A DNA stretch of 64,000 nucleotides. It comes from a virus. The translations under genes and the position numbers were made by a program. Shown here one piece after another: positions 10,145 to 19,939 of the stretch. The stretch covers positions 1 through 64,000 of IMG/VR virus record IMGVR_UViG_3300045049_000079; one strand, 5' to 3'. The notes under the pieces were generated by a model. It worked only from the letters and a program-made list of their open reading frames with translations, ran no database searches and was not told where the DNA came from. The first letter of the stretch is position 1; each line of letters opens with the position of its first letter.

Positions 10145-11197
10145 TCAGAATGGGCAGCTTGAGTCGTCTTCTTCCTGTTTTGGAGCAGGCTTCTTAGGCT
10201 TCTCTTGCTTTGCAGCAGGCTTAGCTTCTTGCGGAGCTTCGCCCTCTTGAGGCTTACCTTGTGGGAATTTCTCAAGAATCTCTTGCAGGTCTTTATCCGA
10301 TTCTGCGATCTTCTCTGCAATTTCCTTAGCCTTGGCGATGATTTCTTTCTCACCATCTTTGCCATTGCGCTCTACAACAGCCTCTTGCATCTTGGAGCCT
10401 TGATACTCTTCAGCCAGAACAATCTTACGAAGATCGGCCATTCGCAGAAGGTCAAACTTAGCAACACCACTGAGTTCTTCTTTCTCTTCCAGCAGGTCTT
10501 CGTCATCAAAGTTGACAGCAACAGCAGGAATTAGTGCTTCAGGAGGATTCATACCCTTCATCAGCGGAACAGGCGACTTCAGTTTGGTGTTCACAAACGT
10601 CTTACCATCCTTCTCAGTCTTCTTCACTTCAAGATTGAACATAAATGGCTTGCCGAGCAGTTCTTCGATGTTGTTCAGCTTAGGATTTTTATATTCAGCC
10701 TTAAAAATCGTATCTGCAACCTTTGTACCATCTGCATACTTGGTGACACCAGCAATCTTGTAGAATTGCGAAGTGCCAGCCAGAATCCACGGGCGACCTT
10801 TGATGTACGCCTGCGTCTTCGGATCACGTGGAGCAACAGTCGTGAAGTTCAGACCTTCAGCCATGCCACGATTGACAGTGTGCAGCGGCAGACGAATGTT
10901 CTTCACACCGATGTCACCCTCGTAATCATGCGTCTGGTCCAGCAGATCAATGTAGCACGAAATCTTCTGCTCAACAGCACCCTCTTTAGGCCACAGAATC
11001 TTATCGTTGCCATCTTCATCTTGCTCACGATTACCTGCGTTGTCCTTGGCAAACTTCGGCTGCTTCTTGTGCGAGCCAAGATCAACAAGCAGGCCAACTT
11101 GCACAGGAACCAAGCCCTCTTCAGGGATGATAGGCACGAATTCTTTTTGTTCCGAGTTTTCGTTACGTGCAGGTTGATTGATATTACGTGGTTTCAT
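10145..11197 (-). CDS. probable single-stranded DNA-binding protein
   Basis: Lies between polymerase and exonuclease; acidic tail ending EEDDSSCPF, typical of SSBs. Confidence 0.6.
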   Translation of the reverse strand: MKPRNINQPARNENSEQKEFVPIIPEEGLVPVQVGLLVDLGSHKKQPKFAKDNAGNREQDEDGNDKILWPKEGAVEQKISCYIDLLDQTHDYEGDIGVKNIRLPLHTVNRGMAEGLNFTTVAPRDPKTQAYIKGRPWILAGTSQFYKIAGVTKYADGTKVADTIFKAEYKNPKLNNIEELLGKPFMFNLEVKKTEKDGKTFVNTKLKSPVPLMKGMNPPEALIPAVAVNFDDEDLLEEKEELSGVAKFDLLRMADLRKIVLAEEYQGSKMQEAVVERNGKDGEKEIIAKAKEIAEKIAESDKDLQEILEKFPQGKPQEGEAPQEAKPAAKQEKPKKPAPKQEEDDSSCPF

Positions 11198-11264
11198 AAG
11201 TTATATTTCCTTTAGATTAAAATGTTATGCGCAGAGCCAGCGCGGGCTTTGTTAGTGAAACGCA

Positions 11265-11465
11265 CTAACCACGTCTATCACGCTTCACCAACACAAAAAT
11301 TGTACAGATCAGCATAATAACCATTAATGTATTAACAAACGGCACAAGACTCAAAATAGTCCACATGAGCGCAAAGCCGTTAGACACAGGTGGCTTCGTG
11401 TAATACAAATTAGACAGCAGCGAAATAAAACACAGCAACGCGCTGATGATGTATAGAATAATCAT
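11265..11465 (-). CDS. small membrane protein
   Basis: Two hydrophobic segments. Confidence 0.6.
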   Translation of the reverse strand: MIILYIISALLCFISLLSNLYYTKPPVSNGFALMWTILSLVPFVNTLMVIMLICTIFVLVKRDRRG

Positions 11466-11466
11466 A

Positions 11467-11748
11467 TTACATGCATAGGTGGATTACGTAGCCTGCGATC
11501 AGCGCTACAACAGACACTACAAGATGCTGAATAATCGCAGCCGTCGAATCCATATCCTTGAGATCATTCTTGTAAGGATTAAACATGAATGTTTTCACAA
11601 GCATCTCAAGGCCAAGCACTGCTGGAATAGACAGTGCAGGCAGCCCAAACACTGCTACAACAAACCAACTCCACAGCATCGTAATCGTCCATGCTTCGAA
11701 CGCTGTTGTGGCGCAACCAAATAGAAATTTACCAATTGCTTTAAGCAT
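11467..11748 (-). CDS. membrane protein
   Basis: About three hydrophobic helices; AGGAG RBS. Confidence 0.7.
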   Translation of the reverse strand: MLKAIGKFLFGCATTAFEAWTITMLWSWFVVAVFGLPALSIPAVLGLEMLVKTFMFNPYKNDLKDMDSTAAIIQHLVVSVVALIAGYVIHLCM

Positions 11749-11757
11749 ATGTTCTCC

Positions 11758-12240
11758 TTAAACCTCAAATGTCAGTGTTTGCTCAACCTGACGAATCACC
11801 ATAAACTTCAGCCCAAGCTTCTCGATCATCGGCCTTACAACATCGTTGATATAAATTCTGTTAGCAGGGACGGTATTAATTTCGTCGTTATGCAGGTTAA
11901 TCGCTTTGCCAGGATTCTGAATAGCCTCTGCAATTTGCTTCATAGCGTGTGCTGTTGTCTTACCACAACCTCGCTTATTCTCTACAATATCCTTGATCAT
12001 TTCTTTGCCAAAGTGGCGATCCCCGTACAACTCTTGTTGAAGCTTGTTCAGTTTTGGTGTAAATCGCTGTTCAATAAGTTTTTCAAACTCTTCTCGAAGT
12101 TCTTTTTCGTTGCGCCCGTAGACAGTGAAGCTATTTCCGGCGCAAACATTACTTAGAAGACCAACACTGAAACTTTTAAACTTGTCAGTTTCCCCGTCGA
12201 GAACCTTATTGCCATTTGAATCATAAATATAAAGACTCAC
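11758..12240 (-). CDS. hypothetical protein with a truncated terminase-like P-loop
   Basis: RGCGKTT...A...NPGKAI; ends before any Walker B. Confidence 0.6.
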   Translation of the reverse strand: MSLYIYDSNGNKVLDGETDKFKSFSVGLLSNVCAGNSFTVYGRNEKELREEFEKLIEQRFTPKLNKLQQELYGDRHFGKEMIKDIVENKRGCGKTTAHAMKQIAEAIQNPGKAINLHNDEINTVPANRIYINDVVRPMIEKLGLKFMVIRQVEQTLTFEV

Positions 12241-12491
12241 ACTTCCTCCATTTTGTTATCAAACAACTTCAACACTTCCCGCTCAATCTCCCCGAACGTC
12301 TTATCCCCAAGAAGATTGCTAATCTCAATCTCGTCAACATACACAGCTTCGATAATCACTTCTTCAGGGCTAGGCGGTTCATCAGCCGTGGCAGGAATGG
12401 CTTGGTAGAACCTGAACTCGATTTCTAGCTCTACGCCTCTGAAGTTAATTTTGCGAGTGAAGAATTGTTTAGGGCTCTCTGAATAGATCAA
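12237..12491 (-). CDS. hypothetical acidic protein
   Basis: ORF with GGAGG RBS. Confidence 0.65.
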   Translation of the reverse strand: MIYSESPKQFFTRKINFRGVELEIEFRFYQAIPATADEPPSPEEVIIEAVYVDEIEISNLLGDKTFGEIEREVLKLFDNKMEEV

Positions 12492-12550
12492 GAATGTCCT
12501 CCCATAGCAGTAGTAATCCTATTTTTACAAGCATCCATCTGTAGACTAAT

Positions 12551-12793
12551 TCATTCATCATCTACTCGTACTTCTAGGGGGTCATCCATGAAGGCACCCT
12601 TGGGGATATTGTCATATTCATCGGGCAGTTGACCAACCTCATATGTGTACTCGTTGTCGATGCCTTGTTCAAATAGCTTACCTTTCACACTACGAAGCAG
12701 CTTCCAGTTCAACTTGTGATCCTGTGCAACGCATTTGCCGTCGATGTACAGAGCTTCCCAGTCATCGTAATTTGTAACTAAGATTGCCGCCAT
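12551..12793 (-). CDS. hypothetical protein
   Basis: AAGGAGG RBS; promoter TTGACA-17-AATAAT inside the upstream gene. Confidence 0.65.
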   Translation of the reverse strand: MAAILVTNYDDWEALYIDGKCVAQDHKLNWKLLRSVKGKLFEQGIDNEYTYEVGQLPDEYDNIPKGAFMDDPLEVRVDDE

Positions 12794-13218
12794 TAATTTC
12801 CCTCCTTAATCTCAAAAACGTCATTATTGCATATTTCCAAGCTCGTGTCAACAAGATTTTCAGGATTTGTAAGAAGCCTATCAATCTCGCCCCACAAGTT
12901 GTTCACGGTGCGCATGGACTTCATAGTGCCCTTGGCATCTGTTGCAAGATATCCGTGAGCGTGAAGCCAGTCAGCAGCTTTGAAGACTTTTACTTTGTAA
13001 TAGTCATACTGTGCATCCTTTTTAATCAAGATGCCACGAGGCCAGTCATCAGGCAGCTTTACAAAATACGGGAAGCGAATTACTAAATCGCGGCACTTAT
13101 GTGCAATTGCCGAGACTACGTATGAAGCTAAACGCTTGTAGTCTTCGTCAGATGCTGGGTGTGTAGCCTGCCTTTGTGCGTTGCTGGGTTTAACGCGCTT
13201 AACTTGTTTTGAGTACAT
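12793..13218 (-). CDS. hypothetical protein
   Basis: 141-aa ORF, TAATG-coupled to the next gene. Confidence 0.65.
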   Translation of the reverse strand: MYSKQVKRVKPSNAQRQATHPASDEDYKRLASYVVSAIAHKCRDLVIRFPYFVKLPDDWPRGILIKKDAQYDYYKVKVFKAADWLHAHGYLATDAKGTMKSMRTVNNLWGEIDRLLTNPENLVDTSLEICNNDVFEIKEGN

Positions 13219-13367
13219 ACTTATCTTCTATGTGCGCATTCCACCAACCAATCATCCACATACGCTGTTCGGCCAAAGTTTGATATGGACAATCATAGAC
13301 AGACTCGCCTTTACTGTACGCTTTTACACCTTCGTTATAATCGTAAAAATCGTAGCACATAACATCC

Positions 13368-13583
13368 TCACAGCATCACAGCCAGCACACTATACCCAAT
13401 ATCTTCCGCATCCTCTGGATCATCTGTCCACTCGTCCCACAGGTTGTGGTTATTGCTGTTTGTGTAGATATATCCCGGTCCGCTCACCTTCTCAGGGCTC
13501 TGCCCATGATCGCAGTAAGCATACACTTCAAGATTGCCGTCGAATTTCTTCAGTGCTTCGATAATCTCTTTAACTTTCATCAT
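13368..13583 (-). CDS. hypothetical protein
   Basis: MKVKEIIEALKKFD start common in phage small proteins. Confidence 0.65.
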   Translation of the reverse strand: MMKVKEIIEALKKFDGNLEVYAYCDHGQSPEKVSGPGYIYTNSNNHNLWDEWTDDPEDAEDIGYSVLAVML

Positions 13584-13738
13584 TCCTCCATAACAAAATC
13601 TTGCTCATCTTCGTAAACCAAACGTGCGCATGTGTGGCAGAACCAGTGATCTTGAATATACCATTCACTGTCAATGCACCTGTATTGCACCACTGAATAG
13701 TGGCCTTGCTGCCTTTTGCAATGTGGGCAAGTCATCAT
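13580..13738 (-). CDS. 52-aa Cys4 zinc-ribbon protein (not in ORF track)
   Basis: Hand-translated MMTCPHCKRQQGHYSVVQYRCIDSEWYIQDHWFCHTCARLVYEDEQDFVMEE; ATGA overlaps at both ends. Confidence 0.7.
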   Translation of the reverse strand: MMTCPHCKRQQGHYSVVQYRCIDSEWYIQDHWFCHTCARLVYEDEQDFVMEE

Positions 13739-13888
13739 TGTATCTCCATCTTCGTAATAGTCGCTTCAAGTCCCCCTGCAATCTCTTGCAGCTTCCCTTC
13801 GATGAACCCTTGCGTGTAAACGTATTGGTCGTCTGTGAGGTAGCCTGCGTCGATTTCTGAGAGGGTTAGGGTGATTTTAAGTTGCATG

Positions 13889-15829
13889 TTAGTGGATGTC
13901 ACTGTACTTATCTCCAAATTTAATATCGCAGGCAAGCTCTCGGTTAAGCTTCAACTGATCGTTCACTGCCTTAAGTCCATCTGCCACAACATTCTTATAT
14001 TCCTCTTCCTTATCGTCGTCAAGCTCGATAATAAGCTCATCGTGGAACTGCCCAACAAGACACCAACACAAACCCCGCTTCTTGGCAATGCGCTCACAGT
14101 GATAAAGCCACAAATCAAGAATATAAGAGCCTGTACCCTGAATCAAAGTAGAAAATCTGTCCTTATCAGATCGCAGCGAATACCACATCTTGTTGATCGG
14201 GTTGATCTGCCATTCGCCAAAGTCCGTCTTCTTCACAACCATCATCTTAGCGATCTTGGCAATTGACCAGTTCATTTGATGGTACGCAGCGTGCAGCTTC
14301 TTGGCAACAGCAGTACTCACTTTGGCTGTGCGTGCAATCGTCGCAACACCGGCCCCGTACTGACACGCATAGTTAGTGGACTTGCCAACAGCACGAATCT
14401 CGTCAATGCGCTTAAACTTCTTATCATTCTCTGTTGCGTGCTCACTATCTGGCAAGCCTTTGTAATATGCGTGCCAGTCTGCCTCTTCTTGCGTCATCAA
14501 CCCTGCAATCACGGCAATGGTGTTGTGCGGGTCGAAGCCCTTCGTCATTTGCGACTTGACGTATTCGGGATCAAGCTTCCACTGGAAGTGATGTTTCAGA
14601 CGATCCTCCAAACTGCTCAGGTCTGAACCGAGCAGGCGCTTGCCGGGACGTGCCACAAGCAAGCCACGAAGCTCCTTGCCGTACTTCACACGAAGACTGG
14701 GGAGATTGACACACTCTCGATGCTGAACCCTCAGAGTGTTGGTCAGCCCCTGCATTCGTGCCGTCACTTCACCATCGATATGATCCCGCAAGAAGCCTTT
14801 TACAACACTAACACGATGGTTGAGAATACCCAAACCTGCAATGTGCTCAATACCTGCACATTTAGGAATCAAATCTTTCACGCTCTGGCAAATCTCGCCC
14901 CCCTTAAGATTGATCTGTGGGATGTTCCTATCAGGTTCACCATTTTCACCTCGCACAAATTTTAAAGTTTGCGGTTCCCAACCCAACGAATCGAGCCAAG
15001 CTTTAATCTGCGTGTGTGAGGCTGGATTGCCTTCCTTCCAATCTTTGATAACCTTGATGTCGTCCTTATGCTCAAATGGCAATCCCGCAGCTTCCGTCAC
15101 TTCCTTCCAACGCTTGCCTGCCTCAGAAAGCTCACCATTCTTCTTAAACGGTGCGGCAGGGCGCTTCCGCACAACATATTCAGGAACCTTCGGCATCACC
15201 TGACGAAGTGCCTCAGTCTTCTCAATGATTGCTGCTTCAAGTTCTTCTTGCAATTTGATTGCACCCTCAACATCAAGCTTCCAACGATTTTCCTGCTGCT
15301 GGCGAAACTCTTCCATCTTCTGCATCAAGTAGGCAATAATCTTCTTATGTGCGTCAGGTTCTTTGCCATACAACACGTTCAACTTTGCCACTTGCCTCTG
15401 CCACAACTTTTTCTGAATCTTACAGTCTTCTGTTACACGATGGTTGTACTCTTCCTGAGTTTGATTCTCCCAGTCTTCAATCTCAGGCTTTGGCACTCCA
15501 AACTCTTCGCCGTATTCTGCCAAGCCATGCTTCATGCGGTTAGGCTCAAGATACCAGCTAAGCGGCAAAGAATCAATAAGATTTACTTTGGACACATCGT
15601 AGCCGAGAAGCTTAAGGGCTTCCATATCAAACAACTTACCGTTGTGCATAATGAGGGTATGCCCTTCATCCAAAAACGCCTGCACTTTGTCCCGCTCGTG
15701 CCCTTCAATGAGAATCGTCAAAGGTGAATCAATGTCGATTGCGCAGATGTTATGCAGCCTCGGATTGGCCTGTTTTTGCATCTGCTCCAAAAGCCCGCTA
15801 GTTTCAATGTCTGCTGCAAATACACCCAC
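13889..15829 (-). CDS. family A DNA polymerase with 3'-5' exonuclease (T7-like)
   Basis: ExoI ADIETSG, ExoII HNGKLFD; motif A DLSSLEDR; motif B KSTNYACQYGAG (Tyr at the T7 Y526 position); motif C QFHDE. Confidence 0.97.
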   Translation of the reverse strand: MGVFAADIETSGLLEQMQKQANPRLHNICAIDIDSPLTILIEGHERDKVQAFLDEGHTLIMHNGKLFDMEALKLLGYDVSKVNLIDSLPLSWYLEPNRMKHGLAEYGEEFGVPKPEIEDWENQTQEEYNHRVTEDCKIQKKLWQRQVAKLNVLYGKEPDAHKKIIAYLMQKMEEFRQQQENRWKLDVEGAIKLQEELEAAIIEKTEALRQVMPKVPEYVVRKRPAAPFKKNGELSEAGKRWKEVTEAAGLPFEHKDDIKVIKDWKEGNPASHTQIKAWLDSLGWEPQTLKFVRGENGEPDRNIPQINLKGGEICQSVKDLIPKCAGIEHIAGLGILNHRVSVVKGFLRDHIDGEVTARMQGLTNTLRVQHRECVNLPSLRVKYGKELRGLLVARPGKRLLGSDLSSLEDRLKHHFQWKLDPEYVKSQMTKGFDPHNTIAVIAGLMTQEEADWHAYYKGLPDSEHATENDKKFKRIDEIRAVGKSTNYACQYGAGVATIARTAKVSTAVAKKLHAAYHQMNWSIAKIAKMMVVKKTDFGEWQINPINKMWYSLRSDKDRFSTLIQGTGSYILDLWLYHCERIAKKRGLCWCLVGQFHDELIIELDDDKEEEYKNVVADGLKAVNDQLKLNRELACDIKFGDKYSDIH

Positions 15830-15838
15830 ACAACCTCC

Positions 15839-16069
15839 CTATTTCAACCTAACATATTCATCACAAACCCTCTGCTGCATCAAGATAACAGTCTTGCCAA
15901 CAGATTGAGGCCTTAGTGAAGTGTGCGCTTTGCTACATTCCCACTCGTCCTTATAAAGTTTGAACGTAGGAGTAGTGGCATCGTGGTAGAGCAGCATTAC
16001 CAAGAATCCTACCACAACCACAGATAATGCGATGACAACCACTTTGCCTGTGTCCATCATCACTCCCAA
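15839..16069 (-). CDS. small membrane-anchored protein
   Basis: N-terminal TM helix, two Cys. Confidence 0.6.
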   Translation of the reverse strand: MGVMMDTGKVVVIALSVVVVGFLVMLLYHDATTPTFKLYKDEWECSKAHTSLRPQSVGKTVILMQQRVCDEYVRLK

Positions 16070-16488
16070 ATAACGTTGCCATCACCATCAACGTAACCAT
16101 CAAACTGTTGCAGAGGAGCATTCATGAGATTTTCAAAATTCCACTCGTAGCTTTCTTTCCTCATCCACTCTTCAATGCTCTGCTCATGCTTCAGATGGGT
16201 TTTCAAGGCGCGCTGCACTTCTTCCAGCTTAGCAATCTTCCGCTTGAACTTGTTGATGTATGGCGTGTAGACGGCGGCTTGCGCGCGAAAGGTGTTTGCC
16301 GCTTGTTGCGCCTCTTCGGCAGCTTCAAATTGCTCATCTTGGTCCAGCTTGAGCGCTTTCTCGGAGTAACCATCAGCCTCTTCGTTATATTCCTTACGAG
16401 TCTTTCGCAGATTCGCATACTCCTGGTGCAAACCAGAAAGCACTTGCTCGTTCAGCTTGATTTGCCGTTGTAACAGTGCTGCTCGCAT
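16060..16488 (-). CDS. coiled-coil hypothetical protein
   Basis: Helical, charge-rich ORF. Confidence 0.65.
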   Translation of the reverse strand: MRAALLQRQIKLNEQVLSGLHQEYANLRKTRKEYNEEADGYSEKALKLDQDEQFEAAEEAQQAANTFRAQAAVYTPYINKFKRKIAKLEEVQRALKTHLKHEQSIEEWMRKESYEWNFENLMNAPLQQFDGYVDGDGNVIWE

Positions 16489-16955
16489 TATTTAGCCTCC
16501 ATAGCATTCTTAATCCACGTTTTAAACTCTTCACTAGAGTCCGCACGACGCCATCGAGAATTGAACTCATCCACAAAGCGGCGTGTCAAAATCTCTTGCA
16601 ATTCTTTAACATCGCAGTGCTCTACATCCCACTGATCTTCCAGTCCGTAACACGAGCAATGGCTACCATGCACTTCAAAGAATTTCTTCTCTTCGGTGTC
16701 ATACCCGAGAACATATGCATCACCCGAGTAATCTTCGTACGTATAGTCAGCATATAGAATCTTATATTTCTTGGCAAGCGCTTTCAGCTTCTTTGTCTCA
16801 GCTTCTTGCATTTCCTTTTTTGCATCTCCGAAGTAATACACCCTCAAGCCATCAACTTCAAACCCCTTAAACACTTCGGAATCTCCTTCACTGAACCCAC
16901 TCAGGAATTGTGGTGTGGCTGCCAACAAAGCTTTCTTAGTAAGTTTCATCCTCAA
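16488..16955 (-). CDS. hypothetical protein (EVHGSHCSCYG motif)
   Basis: HCSC motif, possibly metal-binding. Confidence 0.7.
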   Translation of the reverse strand: MRMKLTKKALLAATPQFLSGFSEGDSEVFKGFEVDGLRVYYFGDAKKEMQEAETKKLKALAKKYKILYADYTYEDYSGDAYVLGYDTEEKKFFEVHGSHCSCYGLEDQWDVEHCDVKELQEILTRRFVDEFNSRWRRADSSEEFKTWIKNAMEAK

Positions 16956-17055
16956 TCTCCAAAAATTTTATACAGCAACATCACCACCCCGGTGGCGACC
17001 AAAAACCTGACACAAGGCATCCAACAGTGAACATCACGAATACAAAAGTAATCAT

Positions 17056-17490
17056 TTACATTTTCTCCTTCAACTCCTCCCACCACTCACTAGGCACTTC
17101 CTCATTCTTCTTCAGCACTGCTGCCATAGCTTCGAGGATAGCAATCTTGCGCTGACGGTCGTGTTCGGCTTTAGAGGGCAGCGTTGTAGAGAAAATAGCA
17201 CTCCAGTTGAACGTGGAGACAGGTTGCTTGTAGTAGTCCTTCTTCACAAACCCTGCCGGTGTAAGGAAGTGTTCTTCATTATCATGCTGCTCAAAATACC
17301 GGCCGGCGCTAGTTTCCTTGGTCGTTTTCAAGATATCACCATTCGCGTAGACGTACAACTCTGTAGCGTCTAGAAATCGCGAGTCTCCAACAACATTTTC
17401 GTATCCTGCTTCTGCGAGCGCCTTGCTAACAACGTCAAAGTTGTTTTGCTCTGTCAGACGAATCTTCATTTTCTTCAATGCCATATCCAC
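17056..17490 (-). CDS. hypothetical protein with own promoter
   Basis: ORF; TTGACC-17-TAGAAT promoter at about 17516-17544. Confidence 0.65.
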   Translation of the reverse strand: MDMALKKMKIRLTEQNNFDVVSKALAEAGYENVVGDSRFLDATELYVYANGDILKTTKETSAGRYFEQHDNEEHFLTPAGFVKKDYYKQPVSTFNWSAIFSTTLPSKAEHDRQRKIAILEAMAAVLKKNEEVPSEWWEELKEKM

Positions 17491-17544
17491 CTCTTAAGAT
17501 TTGTTGATGAGCGACATTCTACAGCAGAAAGCGCTCGCGGTCAA

Positions 17545-19194
17545 TTAGAATTCTGCAACCATCTCGTCTACAAGCAACACGTCCCATGTGTCTTCGTCAA
17601 TCGAGAACTCGTCAGCTACACCAAGATAGCTCCAAGGACGATTCTTAAGCACTGTTGTCCGAACATTACCACGGCTACGATCTGGCATGATTTGTGGCTC
17701 AAGACCGATAATAATCCAGCTAAGCTGTTCCAAAGCGGCAGAACCCCGCATCATTTCTTTCGTCACCTTCACCCAAAACGGCTTGTCCTCTTCGCCCTTC
17801 GGAGGTTTAAAGTCTTGTGCTGCTGTGCGGTTGATATGTGAGACAGCAATGATGCCAACATCATTAGCAGCGCAAAACGCAGCAAGCTCAGTCATAACCA
17901 TGTCAAGCTCTTTACGCTCGTTAGCAATGTCACTGCCGCTGATGACCACGCTCAAATGGTCCAGAATAATGTACCCACACTTCTCTACAAGGTGCATATG
18001 CTTGATTTTAGCCATAAGCTCTGTAATCGGCAGAGAGCCAAAGTGACCAAGCATAACAACGCTATCATTCGCAACAATCTTGTCGTAAGCAACCTTGATG
18101 TCTTCCTTGCTGGCGCACGACAGAGGGTCATTCTTAAACTTGTTATAGTTTACACGAAGTTCAGCAGCAACCATTCGTTGAAGCGTCTCGCGGTTGTTCT
18201 CTTCCAGATAGATCATACCGACGCGCTCACCCGCCTTTTGCAGTCCACTGCCGATAATACTCGTCACTGTCGATTTGCCAACACCAGATGGTGATGTAAC
18301 AAGAACAAGCTCGCGCTTACGGAAGCCGTGAATTTTACGCATCAGGCCGGGGAAGCAGTCGATGTAGATGCCCTCTTCACGGGCTTCAATAAGCTCGTCA
18401 AAGCTGATGTCAGACGCCTTAACAATCTTCTCCGCACTATACGCACGCTTGCCGAATTGCACAAGCTTGGCGAGTTCCTGAGAGCAGCCATCTTGCATCA
18501 TGTCAGAGGCGTCTTTGTAGCTCCCCGGAGTCGTCAGCGTAAATAGTTGAAGATTCGATCCAACAAGAGCATTACCAACAGCTTCACGAGCCTCGTGACC
18601 CTTCATGATGTTCTTTTTCTTCTCCGCTGGCGTACAATAATCGTCATCGAAGAACATCGTCAAGGATTCAAAGCCGTGCACAAATTCATTGTTGTGCAGT
18701 ATGGCTTCGACAGCGTTTGCGGTTCCGAGCGGGATACTGACAATGAATGGTTCAAGGCCAGCGTACTTCGTACCTTTCACATCGTCAACGACCGCCTGAA
18801 ATGCGGACAACATGTCCCATCCACCTTCTGTCACAACAAGATTAGTCTTCTTACGTTTCACCTCTTCAGCAACATCTTGACCAAGAAGCTTATTACCGAT
18901 GGACACACTACCAACAGCAGTCCAATGTCGCTTCTCGCTCTTATCAAGAGTCCAATCTTGTTTCATGTAGCCAGTGACTTTGCCCTTCTGATTATAAGAA
19001 GGGAAATACACAGCTTCAATCGTCTTACCATCTTTAGGTGATACAGCAGCACGTACACCGTATTTCTCGCAAGTTTCTTTGCGAATTCCGCGAGACGGAA
19101 TGTCTAGAAATGGAAGTTCCAGAACATCCTTAACTGTCTCTTTTGGAACATAGTCCGTCATTGATTCCTCCTTTTGACCCTTCCAATATCCCAT
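17545..19194 (-). CDS. T7 gp4-like primase-helicase lacking the N-terminal zinc-binding domain
   Basis: TOPRIM TEGGWD, FDDD, KDASD; SF4 helicase SPSGVGKST, ILDHLS, VSHINR, RGSAALEQ, LKNR. Alternative start 19161 (AAGGAGG). Confidence 0.95.
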   Translation of the reverse strand: MGYWKGQKEESMTDYVPKETVKDVLELPFLDIPSRGIRKETCEKYGVRAAVSPKDGKTIEAVYFPSYNQKGKVTGYMKQDWTLDKSEKRHWTAVGSVSIGNKLLGQDVAEEVKRKKTNLVVTEGGWDMLSAFQAVVDDVKGTKYAGLEPFIVSIPLGTANAVEAILHNNEFVHGFESLTMFFDDDYCTPAEKKKNIMKGHEAREAVGNALVGSNLQLFTLTTPGSYKDASDMMQDGCSQELAKLVQFGKRAYSAEKIVKASDISFDELIEAREEGIYIDCFPGLMRKIHGFRKRELVLVTSPSGVGKSTVTSIIGSGLQKAGERVGMIYLEENNRETLQRMVAAELRVNYNKFKNDPLSCASKEDIKVAYDKIVANDSVVMLGHFGSLPITELMAKIKHMHLVEKCGYIILDHLSVVISGSDIANERKELDMVMTELAAFCAANDVGIIAVSHINRTAAQDFKPPKGEEDKPFWVKVTKEMMRGSAALEQLSWIIIGLEPQIMPDRSRGNVRTTVLKNRPWSYLGVADEFSIDEDTWDVLLVDEMVAEF

Positions 19195-19197
19195 CCC

Positions 19198-19395
19198 TCA
19201 CCCCTGAAAAACAAATCCCGGCTGCACCTTCAAAGCATCCTCGAACGTCTTGCACATAACTGTGTTCTCAGAAACGCTACCCCAAGCTTCCGCCGAAACC
19301 TTTACAAACCAACCGCCATAACGCTCATAAGGTTCACTAAGAACCTCTACAACGTGCAAATCGATAAGATTCATAGTGTCTCCTAAGCCATCCAA
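19198..19395 (-). CDS. hypothetical protein
   Basis: Small ORF in operon. Confidence 0.55.
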   Translation of the reverse strand: MDGLGDTMNLIDLHVVEVLSEPYERYGGWFVKVSAEAWGSVSENTVMCKTFEDALKVQPGFVFQG

Positions 19396-19553
19396 TACAA
19401 CTCGCCAATCTTCTTCACCAGCGCATCATAACTCTTCTGCAACTCGTCTTTCTCACTCAGCAAATTGTCATAATCATCAGAATGAACAAAGCTGCCCCAA
19501 TCGCCAACAACTTCCATACCATCTTCCGACCATTCGTAGTGTTGTGCAATCAT
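19383..19553 (-). CDS. small protein related to 45261/45464 ORFs (not in ORF track)
   Basis: MIAQHYEWSEDGMEVVGDWGSFVHSDDYDNLL...; AAGGAGG RBS. Confidence 0.55.
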   Translation of the reverse strand: MIAQHYEWSEDGMEVVGDWGSFVHSDDYDNLLSEKDELQKSYDALVKKIGELYWMA

Positions 19554-19939
19554 CAACCCTCCTTAAACTTCACCTCATGTCCAGACATCGCCAACAAGTC
19601 ATAAAGTTCTTGTGCCATCTCCTGCAACGTTTGCGACTTGTTAAACTCAGCAACCAACCCATGTCCACCTTTCCAGTTTGTTGCCCAAACATGGACACCT
19701 TCAGAGTGTGCTTCAATTTCAAATTTATCATCAAACTTCGGCATATTTATCTCCAACGCTAAGCCAGCTATCCTTCTCCACCTTGACAATCCACATATCC
19801 CTATACTTCAACACAAATTCGCCCTTAGCCTTGTCGAGCAGAGCAGCCTCCTTGTCACCTAAGAAGAGATATTTAGGGCTGCGTCCAGTTTCTCCGACAT
19901 AACTGAGCCATTGATGCTCGATCTTGTCTGTGATGGTCA

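Noticed and set aside
2753-19194. Introns or inteins in nrdA, polymerase or helicase
   Set aside because: ORFs are continuous with normal lengths and no intein termini; the short nrdA insert before PISCF is only a loop.
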